64,000 bases of DNA from an uncultured Candidatus Saccharibacteria bacterium (GCA_964607415.1 CAZSKK010000002.1:288585-352584), one strand, 5' to 3'; counted from the first letter of the stretch, positions 36,729 through 47,066 are shown. Notes: generated from the letters alone by a model not told the origin. Translations and numbers: made by a program.

Positions 36729-39700
36729 TTAACTAAACGGATTTTGCATAGTCCTCACTTTTACAAGTTCCGCTAAAGATGATTTTTTTACTTCTACCTT
36801 CTTCATTGCGATATCTTTTGATATATAGCCCCTTTCGGTAACAGTTATATTATTAGAATCCGATTCAGATACATCTGACATTACATAACCTTCTTTATTT
36901 GCAAGACACCAATATATACCTTTTCTTAATCTGATCTTCATTCTACCTTGTGCGTTTGTTAGATAAACACCAACCTGCTTGGCATCTCTATAAAATCTTA
37001 CACTTACACCAGGTAGTCCTTTTTCTGTATCTAAATCAATAACTCTACCTAATCTGCTTAAAATCAAACTTGTAGCCAGTTGCAAAAAGTTAATTATAAA
37101 AAGACCAAAGTATGCAATTATTATCAAGCTGTTTATAACATTTGGGAAAAGTGTAAACACATAAACACTATAGAAAAATCCAATCAACATTAATGCTGTA
37201 AGAATAACTCTAACCGTTTTTATTACCTCAGCTTTGTAATAAAATCTAAGTTTATTTATCAAATTTGGTTTTTTCCCAACTGGAGTTAAAGCAATATCTT
37301 CCAAAAATTCAACACTTTTACCTACTTTCTGGATATCAAACTTCTTACTAAATAATTCATATCCCTGTGCTTTAACTTCCACAGTATACGTGCCGGATTT
37401 CTCTAGAAGAATTCCATATTTACCTTCCTCATCAGAAATTACTCTAGTGATCATTTCTTTATCTTTAAAGACAGTAATATAGGCAAAAGGAATAGGTTTG
37501 TATTTGTTAACATCGAATATGAACCCCCAATATTTTTTCTTTTTTGGAATTAATATTCCATAAAGGATTCCTAGTCTTGAACTAACTTCTCTTAAGGCAA
37601 ATGGTGTGCCACCTGCAAAACTTAGAGTGTAGATAATTGTAAATGCAGTTAAAACGGCACCAAGACCGGCAGGAATTAGAGCATTTATGTCAGTTCTATA
37701 TCTAAGATCAACAAAATCAAGATTTAAAATTTCTTTCACCTCGCCTTTTTCATTTCTTGCAATTAACTGTAACTGTGTGTCTTTGTCTATATAAATTTCT
37801 GCTGAACCATCTAATGCAAGATTTTCTCCTATCCCTATAATATCAACGGAAGTTGCATTTTCTGTTTCCCAGATTACTCTATACAAAGCTCTAGTATTAG
37901 TTTCCGATAATTTTTCTGCTTCAAATTTAACAATTACTACATCTTCCACTATTTCACTTGTCAACTCGACAGGTTCTTCGTAAACCTCAACTGTTAATGT
38001 TGATCTCAAATTACCATAAGGGCCTTCTCCATCCAGATAAAAAGTAGTAGTTTTTTCTAAAGTTAATTTGGTTTCACCATTAGTTGTAACAGCCCCATAA
38101 TCTTTGTCGTCTGACCGTAGTCTTAAGATATTAAGGTTTGAAGATGTCCAACTTAATGAAAACTCTTCACCTTTTAGAACTTTATATTTATCAGATTTAA
38201 ATACTAACGAAGGAATTACGGTTATGTTGTTATTATCGATGGTGCCAATAAAGTTTATTGGCTGAGATACAGCACTACCTTCGTCGTTATAAGCACGAAG
38301 ATAATAGGTTCCCAAAACATTTGCTGTTGCGTTGGTAATTATTGCCTGACCATTAATAATTTCAGCGTTTGTTACATTAAATCCTGGAACAACTTGATTG
38401 TCAGATAATCTTCTTAGTTCAATATTGACTGGTTGACTACCTTCAACTGGGTTGTTCAAAAGATCCAAGGCATTTACAGCAAAACTAAAATTATTCCCAA
38501 CCAAAACGGTTTCTGGTTCGTTAGCTATATCCATAGAAAACCCTCTATCGGTATCGTTTAGGTAAGCAGAGTAGGAGAAACTTATATTTCCTATGACAGG
38601 AGTTGAACCTTTAGTCATAGTCACTCTAAATTTAATACGGTAGTCTTTTGTAGGAAAGTTTACAGTGCTACCAACAGCAACAGGATACCATGTTAAGCCT
38701 CCATCATTGGATACTTCATATGAAATACCCCCTGCATTAATTAATGTTTCTACGCTATCGAGAGTGATAAAGTCTGCATCTAACCTTCCTTCGATTTGAG
38801 CATCAATTTCACTACTTGCAATACCAGAAGCTGCAAAATCTCTATTTAAATTGTAATCATATACACCATGCCTTGCTAAAACTGCTCTTAAAGATCCATA
38901 TCCAGTCATGTAAAAGTCTCCAATCTCAGCAGGGTAAAGATCATTATTAATATTTAGATTTAAGATTTGATCATCAAATCTATCAGTATATGTATCGTTT
39001 ATAGAAAGGTAAATCATTCTTCCTGATACAGTCGAAATGAAGAATTGACTTCCAACAGGATATTGACCAGGTAAGTACTCCATATCTGTTCCAAAGTCAT
39101 TTACATCTTCATAGGTTGCCAATACTGTAATAGTATCATCGGCCAAGTCAAAAGTACCTTGATCGTTAGTAATGGCCTCAACTCCTCCAGGATAAGAATA
39201 AACAATATTATTGTTTTTATCCTTCACAAATGTTGAAACCATGTTTTTGCCTGGTCTAATGGTTACAGAATTATCACCAAGGTTTACAGGTGTAGCGTTA
39301 TCGTTTATTTTATATATGCCAGCTTGAAAATCTCCAAACCATACAGTATTTGTTGCTTCATCAAGGTAAAGTCCTGTAGGAATAGGTAATAAACCGCTAC
39401 AAGAACCGCTTGAACAAGAGTATGTGAAGCCAAATCCATAGGTCATTGTTTCATCATCTGCTGAGGTTGTAAAATCTCCTGGTCTAACATATCCGATTCC
39501 TGCTCCATGTGTAAAATAAACCCCGTAGTTAGGGAGACTTCTTTTGTCAATCTGAAGCATGTAAGTTTCATAATAAGACTCGCCATTGTAAATTACATAG
39601 GAGTCGTAGCCATCAGTGATACTAGTTCCAAAGTTGATCCCTAGCAATCCGGTACCTGCAGCAACCCAAACGTGATATTCACCATTTACATAAATTTCTT

Positions 39701-42611
39701 CAATTTCACTAATTTTTGCATTTTGAAAGAACACAACAGGGAATCCAGAGAAATCATAAGCACCGAATGTAGTTTCTATTCCCGTTCCAATATTATAATA
39801 GCTAAAATTATCTTCATCTTTAGTTACCCAAAAGCCGTTCGAACTACTTTGAAAAATCTTGTTTTTAACAGCATATCCACCATATTGTGGTGCAAATCCT
39901 CCTGTTAAAACAGTTGTTCTTGAAGGATTCATAGCTTCTTTTAGTCTTAATACTCCATTTCCCCAGATCAAGTCAGAAGATACTATATCATGATCATCAT
40001 GATTATCGAATGATTCTGTTTTTACAATATTTATTGCATTTTGATTAGGATCTTGAGCTACAATTTCAAATGTAATAGTTTGATTCTTGCTTTGGGTATT
40101 TGTATCATTGCCAGAATTATCTACAGCTCTTACTTCAGCAGTATGTGCCCCCAAACTCAAGCCTTCCAAAGGTAATGAGAATAACTCTTCAGTACTGTTA
40201 TTAGAGCCATCTAATGGAGGCATTGTTAACCAAGATCCACCGTCAATTCTATAGTAAATGGTTTGAATATTTGATGTTTTCTGACCAGGATCGTCTTTCA
40301 CTTTTCCTTGTAAAGGAGGGTCTTGGTCAGTAGTAGGATCTGGAATTATTGATTGAAGCTGAATATTGGGAGCTAAAGTATCAACGCTATCTATTACTAT
40401 TCTGTCTATTGTTTGGCCTTCCCCAAGAAGTGATGATGCTCCAGTAAAAGCACCAAGAATATTGCCCACTGAGTCAATAGTTCTAACTAATATTTGCTTG
40501 TTACCATCTGCTAAAAGAGTAGTTATGGAGAAGCTAAAGTCTTCTGTAGGTTCGTCAAAAGCTCCATCAATTGGTGTTGTATTAGTCCAATCGTTTTCAA
40601 AACCACTGCCTTCAGCAAAAATTCTGTATTGTACATTGGCTATGTTTACATCGGTTTCAACAGCTGTTCCGTTATAGTTAAGTGTTGGGGTTACGGTCAT
40701 ATCAATCGGTGTTTGTCCCAGTGTTGTAACGCTTTGGATAGTTGGAGCCACTGCGTCAATTATTCCAGTAAAAGGGTAATCTTGAGTTAAATTTACAGAG
40801 TTGGTAACAGTGATAACTATATCGTAAGTTGCTCCATCAGTAAGCATATTCCCATGGTCATCAAAGGTTAAGGTAAAGTCTTCGTTATTGGAATCAAAGA
40901 AAAGGTCATTTGCTGAAGCAGTAATTGGTGATTGAACTGCTTGATTGGGATTAGTAACTGAAAAAGTTGCAGTAACATTGCTTATTGTTGATTCCGGATC
41001 AGACGCAGTACCAGTGAATATCATTCTATTTCCTCCTATACCAGAGTAGCTTTGGGTAAAAGTTATACTAGCAGGTGTACTATCTGGTGCCGGACCGGTA
41101 AGAGTACCCAATAAAGATAGATCATCAATTGTAAAACCTCCAGTAGCTGTTGTGCTTACAGCTTGTCCCTCTGCATCAAAGTGAAATCGAACCTGAAAAG
41201 TACTGGTTGGAGGCGTTGCACCAAGCAAAGAATCAATATCAATTGTTGCAGCAACGTACGTACCAAGAATTGAATTTGTTCGAAGATTATATGCTTCAAT
41301 CCATTCACTAGTGTTTGATGCCCTTATGAATACTCTGTTAAGGTCTCCAAGTGCTGGATTATCATGGTGCCACATATATTGAAATTGAAGTTCAAGATCT
41401 GTAGCGGTTTGATAATTACTCAAGTCTCTAGTTAGTACTAAATCTGTCTGTGCACCCCCACCATCAACTGAATCCAAGGTTGCAGCTCCATTACCGGCAA
41501 ATTGAAAACCTCCTCCCTGTAATCTTAATCGACCATAACTTATTGTTATATCCCATTCAGATCCAATTGTGTCAGTCATGGGACCTTGTTGTACACCTTG
41601 GTCTATCGTTGTTCCAACTCCATCTTCAAATTGTTCCTGGTAAATTGTATGTTGTCCGCCTGGTATATTTATAGAATACTCAGCTACAGGCCAATAATTA
41701 CTATTTTGATCAACTGCCCTCAAATAAAAAGTATGCACACCTGGAATTCCCGCTACTGTTCCAGTTGCTGCAGAACCATCAGGTTGAATTGATAGATCTG
41801 AAGGACTGAACCAACTTCCATTGTCAAAATTGTATTCTAATGAAAGAATTTGTAGCTCCGTGACATTAGTAGATGCTCCGCTAACAGAAATATACGATCC
41901 ATTGTCAATTGCATTAACTGTAATTTCGGCTCCTCCACAATCCATAGTTCCGTTAATAGTATCGGAAACATAAGAATTACCAGGTGATTCTAGGTTAAAT
42001 TGATCGAAGGCTCGTGCTTCAATAGTGTGTGCACCGCAAGCTAGAGTATTTGCATAAACTCTTGCAGCCACAAAATCAGTTCCGTAATTTCCAAATTCTT
42101 CGGGAGCAAGTGTCCAGTCCCCTCCATCAATTCTATACTCAAGTGCCTGTACATACTCTGGTCCTGAGTTATCTTCAGTTGCTTGAACAACAACACCGTC
42201 CTGATCAGGGATTAGAATAACTGTTAAGTAGTTGGGTCTTGTTAATTGAACCATTAAATCACCTACTGGCCATGTATCTGTGTTTATATCGACAGCTCTA
42301 AAGTAAATATTATTTGTTCCTGGAGGTAGATCATTGTAGTAAAAATTTGCAACTACAAGGGTGTCAACTCCGTATGTTCCTTGACTTGCGGGGATTTGTA
42401 TCCAGTTTGCTTGATCGGTACTCCATTCAATAGAAGTGATTATTAATGCACCTGCAGAATCTGCATAAAGTTCGTAGTAGTTTATTGCATCTGTGCCACT
42501 AAGGGTAACTTCGGCAGAAGCAGTAATAAACTCTTTGGCAATTACTAGTGTACCGAACCAAGCTAGCACTATAAAGGGAATTAGTAGGGCGTATAAATAT
42601 TTTGATCTCAT
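36729..42611 (-). CDS. giant (1960 aa) cell-surface protein: N-terminal signal anchor, ~1500-aa beta-rich ectodomain, C-terminal TM helices interleaved with two CarboxypepD_reg-like domains
   Basis: N-terminal hydrophobic segment; T/S/N/G/D-rich repetitive beta-strand segments; C-terminus has at least 4 TM helices plus ITVFKDKEMITRVISDEEGKYGILLEKSGTYTVEVKAQGYELF and VSVRFYRDAKQVGVYLTNAQGRMKIRLRKGIYWCLANKEGYVM (carboxypeptidase-regulatory-like fold). Confidence 0.8.
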   Translation of the reverse strand: MRSKYLYALLIPFIVLAWFGTLVIAKEFITASAEVTLSGTDAINYYELYADSAGALIITSIEWSTDQANWIQIPASQGTYGVDTLVVANFYYNDLPPGTNNIYFRAVDINTDTWPVGDLMVQLTRPNYLTVILIPDQDGVVVQATEDNSGPEYVQALEYRIDGGDWTLAPEEFGNYGTDFVAARVYANTLACGAHTIEARAFDQFNLESPGNSYVSDTINGTMDCGGAEITVNAIDNGSYISVSGASTNVTELQILSLEYNFDNGSWFSPSDLSIQPDGSAATGTVAGIPGVHTFYLRAVDQNSNYWPVAEYSINIPGGQHTIYQEQFEDGVGTTIDQGVQQGPMTDTIGSEWDITISYGRLRLQGGGFQFAGNGAATLDSVDGGGAQTDLVLTRDLSNYQTATDLELQFQYMWHHDNPALGDLNRVFIRASNTSEWIEAYNLRTNSILGTYVAATIDIDSLLGATPPTSTFQVRFHFDAEGQAVSTTATGGFTIDDLSLLGTLTGPAPDSTPASITFTQSYSGIGGNRMIFTGTASDPESTISNVTATFSVTNPNQAVQSPITASANDLFFDSNNEDFTLTFDDHGNMLTDGATYDIVITVTNSVNLTQDYPFTGIIDAVAPTIQSVTTLGQTPIDMTVTPTLNYNGTAVETDVNIANVQYRIFAEGSGFENDWTNTTPIDGAFDEPTEDFSFSITTLLADGNKQILVRTIDSVGNILGAFTGASSLLGEGQTIDRIVIDSVDTLAPNIQLQSIIPDPTTDQDPPLQGKVKDDPGQKTSNIQTIYYRIDGGSWLTMPPLDGSNNSTEELFSLPLEGLSLGAHTAEVRAVDNSGNDTNTQSKNQTITFEIVAQDPNQNAINIVKTESFDNHDDHDIVSSDLIWGNGVLRLKEAMNPSRTTVLTGGFAPQYGGYAVKNKIFQSSSNGFWVTKDEDNFSYYNIGTGIETTFGAYDFSGFPVVFFQNAKISEIEEIYVNGEYHVWVAAGTGLLGINFGTSITDGYDSYVIYNGESYYETYMLQIDKRSLPNYGVYFTHGAGIGYVRPGDFTTSADDETMTYGFGFTYSCSSGSCSGLLPIPTGLYLDEATNTVWFGDFQAGIYKINDNATPVNLGDNSVTIRPGKNMVSTFVKDKNNNIVYSYPGGVEAITNDQGTFDLADDTITVLATYEDVNDFGTDMEYLPGQYPVGSQFFISTVSGRMIYLSINDTYTDRFDDQILNLNINNDLYPAEIGDFYMTGYGSLRAVLARHGVYDYNLNRDFAASGIASSEIDAQIEGRLDADFITLDSVETLINAGGISYEVSNDGGLTWYPVAVGSTVNFPTKDYRIKFRVTMTKGSTPVIGNISFSYSAYLNDTDRGFSMDIANEPETVLVGNNFSFAVNALDLLNNPVEGSQPVNIELRRLSDNQVVPGFNVTNAEIINGQAIITNATANVLGTYYLRAYNDEGSAVSQPINFIGTIDNNNITVIPSLVFKSDKYKVLKGEEFSLSWTSSNLNILRLRSDDKDYGAVTTNGETKLTLEKTTTFYLDGEGPYGNLRSTLTVEVYEEPVELTSEIVEDVVIVKFEAEKLSETNTRALYRVIWETENATSVDIIGIGENLALDGSAEIYIDKDTQLQLIARNEKGEVKEILNLDFVDLRYRTDINALIPAGLGAVLTAFTIIYTLSFAGGTPFALREVSSRLGILYGILIPKKKKYWGFIFDVNKYKPIPFAYITVFKDKEMITRVISDEEGKYGILLEKSGTYTVEVKAQGYELFSKKFDIQKVGKSVEFLEDIALTPVGKKPNLINKLRFYYKAEVIKTVRVILTALMLIGFFYSVYVFTLFPNVINSLIIIAYFGLFIINFLQLATSLILSRLGRVIDLDTEKGLPGVSVRFYRDAKQVGVYLTNAQGRMKIRLRKGIYWCLANKEGYVMSDVSESDSNNITVTERGYISKDIAMKKVEVKKSSLAELVKVRTMQNPFS

Positions 42612-42697
42612 TTTATAATAGAATTAAAGGCTATAATTCCAGTATAAAGTTTTTAAATGTTACTTCAAGTATTTTTTTACTCCCTCCAAGATAAATA

Positions 42698-43618
42698 TCA
42701 TGACTTATCTTCTAACCATTTTTGAGCTGACAGGGCTGCCATGCAACCTAAACCCGCTGCGGTAATAGCCTGCCTGTACTTTTCATCTTCAACATCTCCA
42801 CATGCAAACACCCCTTCGACATTAGTTTTAACATGATCAACTGCAGTTATATACCCCCTTTCGCTGGTTGAAATACTGTTTTTAAGAAATCCAGTAACTG
42901 GGATGTGGCCAATTGCCAAAAATAGCCCATCTACCTTTAGCTCAAATTCTTCATTTTTTACGTTATTAAATAACTTAACTCGATCAACCTTATCTTCTCC
43001 CAAAACTTCTTTTACCTCAGTATTCCAAATAATTTCAATTTTAGGATTATTTAAAGCCCTTTCTTGCATTATTTTGCTTGCCTTAAATTCGTTTTTTCTA
43101 TGTATGATATAAACCTTTGAAGCAAATCTTGTTAGGAATGAAGATTCCTCCATAGCAGAGTCGCCACCTCCAATAACGGCTACTGTTTTATCTCTGTAAA
43201 AAGCAGCATCGCATGTTGCGCATGTTGAAACACCTTTCCCATAAAATTTATCTTCTCCTGGAATTTCAAGTTTTCTTGGCGTTGCTCCTGTTGCAATAAT
43301 TACTGCTTTGGATCTAAATTCTTCACTTGAAGTTTTTACAATTTTTTCTTTACCTGAAAGATCAACAAAAGTTGCGTCATCATATTTAAATTCTGCGCCA
43401 AACTTTTGTGCTTGTTTTAGCATTTTGTCCATAAGTTCCGGACCCTGGATTCCTTCTGGAAAACCTGGAAAATTTTCTACTTCAGTTGTATTCATTAATT
43501 GTCCTCCCCAAATTACGCCAGTAATAACTAAAGTTTTAATACGTGCTCGCGAAGCATAAATTGCTGCAGTTAAGCCAGCTGGTCCTGAACCAATGATAAT
43601 TAGATCAAACATATTCAT
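42698..43618 (-). CDS. trxB: thioredoxin-disulfide reductase
   Basis: FAD GxGxxG (IIGSGPAGLTAA), redox-active CATCDAAF, NADPH site VIGGGDSA. Confidence 0.9.
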   Translation of the reverse strand: MNMFDLIIIGSGPAGLTAAIYASRARIKTLVITGVIWGGQLMNTTEVENFPGFPEGIQGPELMDKMLKQAQKFGAEFKYDDATFVDLSGKEKIVKTSSEEFRSKAVIIATGATPRKLEIPGEDKFYGKGVSTCATCDAAFYRDKTVAVIGGGDSAMEESSFLTRFASKVYIIHRKNEFKASKIMQERALNNPKIEIIWNTEVKEVLGEDKVDRVKLFNNVKNEEFELKVDGLFLAIGHIPVTGFLKNSISTSERGYITAVDHVKTNVEGVFACGDVEDEKYRQAITAAGLGCMAALSAQKWLEDKS

Positions 43619-43698
43619 AAATTAAGGATTATTGTAAATAACTAATGACTAATAAAATAATATTACTAAAGTTTATTAGTAATATTAAGATTTTGTCA

Positions 43699-44019
43699 TT
43701 ATTTATCAAGGTTTCTATTCAAAAAATCCATATAGATCATTTTGTTTGCCGCACCTGTTATTCTATCAACTGGTTTACCATCTTTGAAGAGAATAAGAGT
43801 AGGAATTCCTTGAATGCCGTAAAGACCAGCAATTTCAGGATCGTGGTCTGTATCAAGCTTTCCAATTTTTACTTTACCATCCATTTCTTTTGCAATATCT
43901 TCGATTATAGGAGCAATCATTTTGCAAGGTGTGCACCATTCAGCCCAAAAATCTACAAATGTAAATCCAGACTGTATTTCAGCATTGAAGTTATCCTTAT
44001 TTAGGTGAACAAGAGCCAT
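43699..44019 (-). CDS. trxA: thioredoxin
   Basis: WAEWCTPCK active site, 106 aa. Confidence 0.9.
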   Translation of the reverse strand: MALVHLNKDNFNAEIQSGFTFVDFWAEWCTPCKMIAPIIEDIAKEMDGKVKIGKLDTDHDPEIAGLYGIQGIPTLILFKDGKPVDRITGAANKMIYMDFLNRNLDK

Positions 44020-44174
44020 AAAATTGTATTAAAAATTAAAAGTGTAAAGTAAAACTATGATTAAAGATTCAAGAACTATGATAATGAACAATTTAAATAA
44101 TTTACAATTTTCATAGCTCAAAATCCTCAGCAGATTTGGAAATTTTTCAAATTATAAATTGAAAATTACAAGCA

Positions 44175-44435
44175 TTAGCTTACTTTAAAAAATCCATTAA
44201 CCAACTCTTCAAACTTTTTCATCTTTTTATCTTTGCTTTTTTGTTTAAAACATTCTTCACATTCTTCTCGTAGAGCGTCAGTTGCGAGTCTTGCGAGGGC
44301 AGAGCGTACTGCTGAAATTTGTTGAGAAATGCTAACAGCATCTCTTTTTTCTTCTACCATTCGTTCAACACCTTCGAGCTGTCCTTTGATTCTTTTTATT
44401 TGGATTTTAATATCAACGCAATTGTCTTTTTGCAT
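44175..44435 (-). CDS. CsoR/RcnR/FrmR-family (DUF156) sensing transcriptional repressor, atypical ligand set
   Basis: KRIKGQLEGVERMVEEKRDAVSISQQISAVRSALARLA family core; start at MQKDNCVD (ATG 44433-44435) because the 12-codon extension overlaps the operator; canonical X-position Cys replaced by Ala, C-terminal CEEC. Confidence 0.65.
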   Translation of the reverse strand: MQKDNCVDIKIQIKRIKGQLEGVERMVEEKRDAVSISQQISAVRSALARLATDALREECEECFKQKSKDKKMKKFEELVNGFFKVS

Positions 44436-44448
44436 TCCAAAATGATAA

Positions 44449-44465
44449 TATACTCCCAGGGGGTA
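44449..44465. promoter_or_regulatory. CsoR-type operator: inverted repeat ATACTCCC-AG-GGGGTAT 14 nt upstream of the regulator start
   Basis: GC-rich interrupted palindrome resembling known CsoR/RcnR sites (TACCC-N-GGGTA with G/C tract), immediately upstream of the DUF156 gene. Confidence 0.5.
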
Positions 44466-44471
44466 TGTCAA

Positions 44472-44834
44472 CTAGAAATTTAAAATTTGGTTCTCGTCAG
44501 GATTTTCTTTGTTTATTTTGATTTTTAGTTCATCGCCAACTAAATATTTTTGCTCCAATTTATTAACAAATTCCTGGTCTTTAGTATCAGTTTCAGAATA
44601 ACTTGATGTGTAGTTAAGGTTTTTATAATTATATTTGTATCTCAAATCTATAGTGTACAAAATATTATTTGATTCGGCAGGTGCTTTAAAAACAGTATAT
44701 TTAGTAATCTCGGCATCAATTTTTTTCCATTTATTGCTAGGTAGTAAATTCAAGGCGATAACAATAATCAACAGCAAAATCAGTACAATTAGAATTGGAA
44801 TAAAATATTGCTTCCTATATGTTAGTTTATTCAT
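44472..44834 (-). CDS. hypothetical membrane-anchored protein
   Basis: 120 aa, single N-terminal TM helix. Confidence 0.35.
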   Translation of the reverse strand: MNKLTYRKQYFIPILIVLILLLIIVIALNLLPSNKWKKIDAEITKYTVFKAPAESNNILYTIDLRYKYNYKNLNYTSSYSETDTKDQEFVNKLEQKYLVGDELKIKINKENPDENQILNF

Positions 44835-44841
44835 AGACTAA

Positions 44842-46083
44842 TTATACAAGATCATTTAATTGTTTTTGAGGAAGATGAATTTTTTTGGGAGTTATAATTA
44901 ATAAAAATATAGATATTATAAGGCAAATTGCACCTATAGCTCCAAATGTATGTTCATATCCGATTCTATCAGAAAGAAATCCGGTTACTAAAGGACCAAT
45001 AATGTATGAAAACGAAATGGTCATCCGTGCAATGCTAAGTAAAAGCATTTCGGCTTCTTTGGATCTCTTGGAAAGGTCGCTGTAAACTGCTTCGTTAAGT
45101 GGAAATGCAAACCCCACAAAAAATGCCGAAATCGTAATAATTATATAAATCATAGGTTCTGACGGGTTAAGAAAGAAGGAGGTTAATAAAAGTGACGCAA
45201 TTAAGACACTTATTTGTGAAATAAATTTTTTTCTTGTTTTAATTTTTAACCTAATGGTTAAAGATTCACCTAGAAGCATCGCGCAGCTATTTAGAACTAT
45301 TATTAACCAAGCAGTATTTTCTGATAAGCTTACCCCAAATAAGGCACCTATAGTCCAATAAGTTGATGTAATCAAGCTTACACAAAATCCTAAAAAAACT
45401 ATTGGGTAAATTTTTTCTCCAAGTATTTCTATTATTTTCACTTCTTTTACAATCTTAAAAAAGTATTTCACTTCAGAAGTTTCTTTTATGATACTTTTGT
45501 TTTTGGGGCTTTTTAGAATTAGACTTGCCAAACTAAGAGCCAGTATTTGAATACCAATAACGACAACAGCCAATTTATTTTCGGATTCCTTAAGTAAATA
45601 AGCTCCTAGTATTGGAGCAATTATCATTGTTAAATCCCAACCAGATGACAAAATTCCCCATGCTTTAGAAAATTCATTTTTGGGTTCTTCGGTTACAACA
45701 AAATCTTGTTGCGAAAAACCAATAAATTCAAAGTATATTCCCCAAACGATACTTGCGAATGTAAACAGTATTAAAGGATAGTGGTTGCTTGCCAAATGAG
45801 TTAATAAAGGAAAAAGTGTTGCCAAAGCAATTCCAGTAACTAACATCGGCTTCCAAGATCTGCTTTTAAATATTTGAGGAATTATTAGATCCATTACAAT
45901 CCCAGCTACAGAAGAAAATGCCATTATAATCCCCATTTGAGTATTAGAATTAAGCTTCTGCTCTGCAAGTACTGGAAAAACATAAGCCATTATCCCGTCT
46001 GCCAATAAAATTAAAAAAACAGGAATAACGAACCTACTAAGTTTACTTTTAGAAATATAATTGTTTTTGTATCTAGCTCTCAT
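44842..46083 (-). CDS. MFS-type transporter (12 TM)
   Basis: Start at MRARYKNNY (ATG 46081-46083); 12 hydrophobic helices with a central loop; N-terminal 42 codons of the longer ORF are unsupported. Confidence 0.5.
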   Translation of the reverse strand: MRARYKNNYISKSKLSRFVIPVFLILLADGIMAYVFPVLAEQKLNSNTQMGIIMAFSSVAGIVMDLIIPQIFKSRSWKPMLVTGIALATLFPLLTHLASNHYPLILFTFASIVWGIYFEFIGFSQQDFVVTEEPKNEFSKAWGILSSGWDLTMIIAPILGAYLLKESENKLAVVVIGIQILALSLASLILKSPKNKSIIKETSEVKYFFKIVKEVKIIEILGEKIYPIVFLGFCVSLITSTYWTIGALFGVSLSENTAWLIIVLNSCAMLLGESLTIRLKIKTRKKFISQISVLIASLLLTSFFLNPSEPMIYIIITISAFFVGFAFPLNEAVYSDLSKRSKEAEMLLLSIARMTISFSYIIGPLVTGFLSDRIGYEHTFGAIGAICLIISIFLLIITPKKIHLPQKQLNDLV

Positions 46084-46241
46084 AATCAATACTAAGTTAT
46101 CATATTTGTAATTGTATTGGAACTGGGAGCTAATAGTATTAGAATGAGTGTAACGTTCTTTTACAGAATAATAAATACAAATTTTTAATTTACAAGTATC
46201 AATTTTCAAATCAGGCTTTTGAAAATTCTTTAAATTGTAAA

Positions 46242-47066
46242 TTGATAATTTTAAATTTACTTTTTACATTCTTAACTATGTTAAAGTACAAGCGCTATAT
46301 TTTTCAGGGTGGAGTCATTTTTTTAATTTGTCTTACTCTGATTGTATCCACTTTTTTGATCTCGCAAACTGATTTTTACATTAAAGATATTTCAGGAACT
46401 GATTTAGCTGGGAATAAAATTACAAATACTATAAATGTTAGTGGTGATGGTAGAATTTATTCAAGTCCAAATATGGTAACAATCAGTTTTACTGCAAGTG
46501 AACTTACAGACACATCAAAACAATCACTTGAAAAAGTTAATGAAAAAATTAACACAGCAAAAGAAATACTTAAAGATAAAGGAATAAAAGATGAAGATAT
46601 TCAAACCACTGATTTATCTATTTATCCAGAATATGATTATAGTGGTACTAGATCAGTTCTAAAGGGACAAAGAGCTTCTCAAACGATTAAGGTTGATGTA
46701 AAGGGTATCGAAAATTCCATTAGCAAAGCATCAGAGATCGTTGATGATATTGCAAAGATCGAAAATATTCAGATTAACTCAATAAGTTTTGATATCGAAG
46801 ATAAAACCGAGCTATTTGCAAAGGCAAGAGAATTAGCATTTGAAAAAGCAAAGAGTAAAGCAGAGCAGTTGTCCAAGCTATCTGATGTAAAGCTGTTAAA
46901 ACCTGTGTCAATTACAGACAATGCGGTTGATTATCAACCACCAGTATATTACTCTGCAAATGCTTTCCAAGAATCTATGGCTGCAGATGCATCAAGGGAT
47001 ACTGGCATTTCTGGAGGACAGTTGGAGATTTCTTTAACAATTAACGTACTTTTTGCGATTGATTAA
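46242..47066 (+). CDS. SIMPL-domain (DUF541/BP26-like) protein
   Basis: N-terminal TM/signal, then the DUF541 pattern (QTIKVDVKGIENSISKASEIVD...ELAFEKAKSKAEQL...GGQLEISLTINVLF). Confidence 0.65.
   Translation: MIILNLLFTFLTMLKYKRYIFQGGVIFLICLTLIVSTFLISQTDFYIKDISGTDLAGNKITNTINVSGDGRIYSSPNMVTISFTASELTDTSKQSLEKVNEKINTAKEILKDKGIKDEDIQTTDLSIYPEYDYSGTRSVLKGQRASQTIKVDVKGIENSISKASEIVDDIAKIENIQINSISFDIEDKTELFAKARELAFEKAKSKAEQLSKLSDVKLLKPVSITDNAVDYQPPVYYSANAFQESMAADASRDTGISGGQLEISLTINVLFAID

Noticed and set aside
39672-42220. Several small plus-strand ORFs inside the giant surface-protein gene
   Set aside because: Antisense to a continuous 1960-codon ORF with a coherent domain structure.
43645-44004. 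Plus-strand 119-aa ORF antisense to trxA
   Set aside because: Fully overlaps the well-supported thioredoxin gene; Cys/Phe/Ile-rich low-complexity translation typical of antisense AT-rich DNA.
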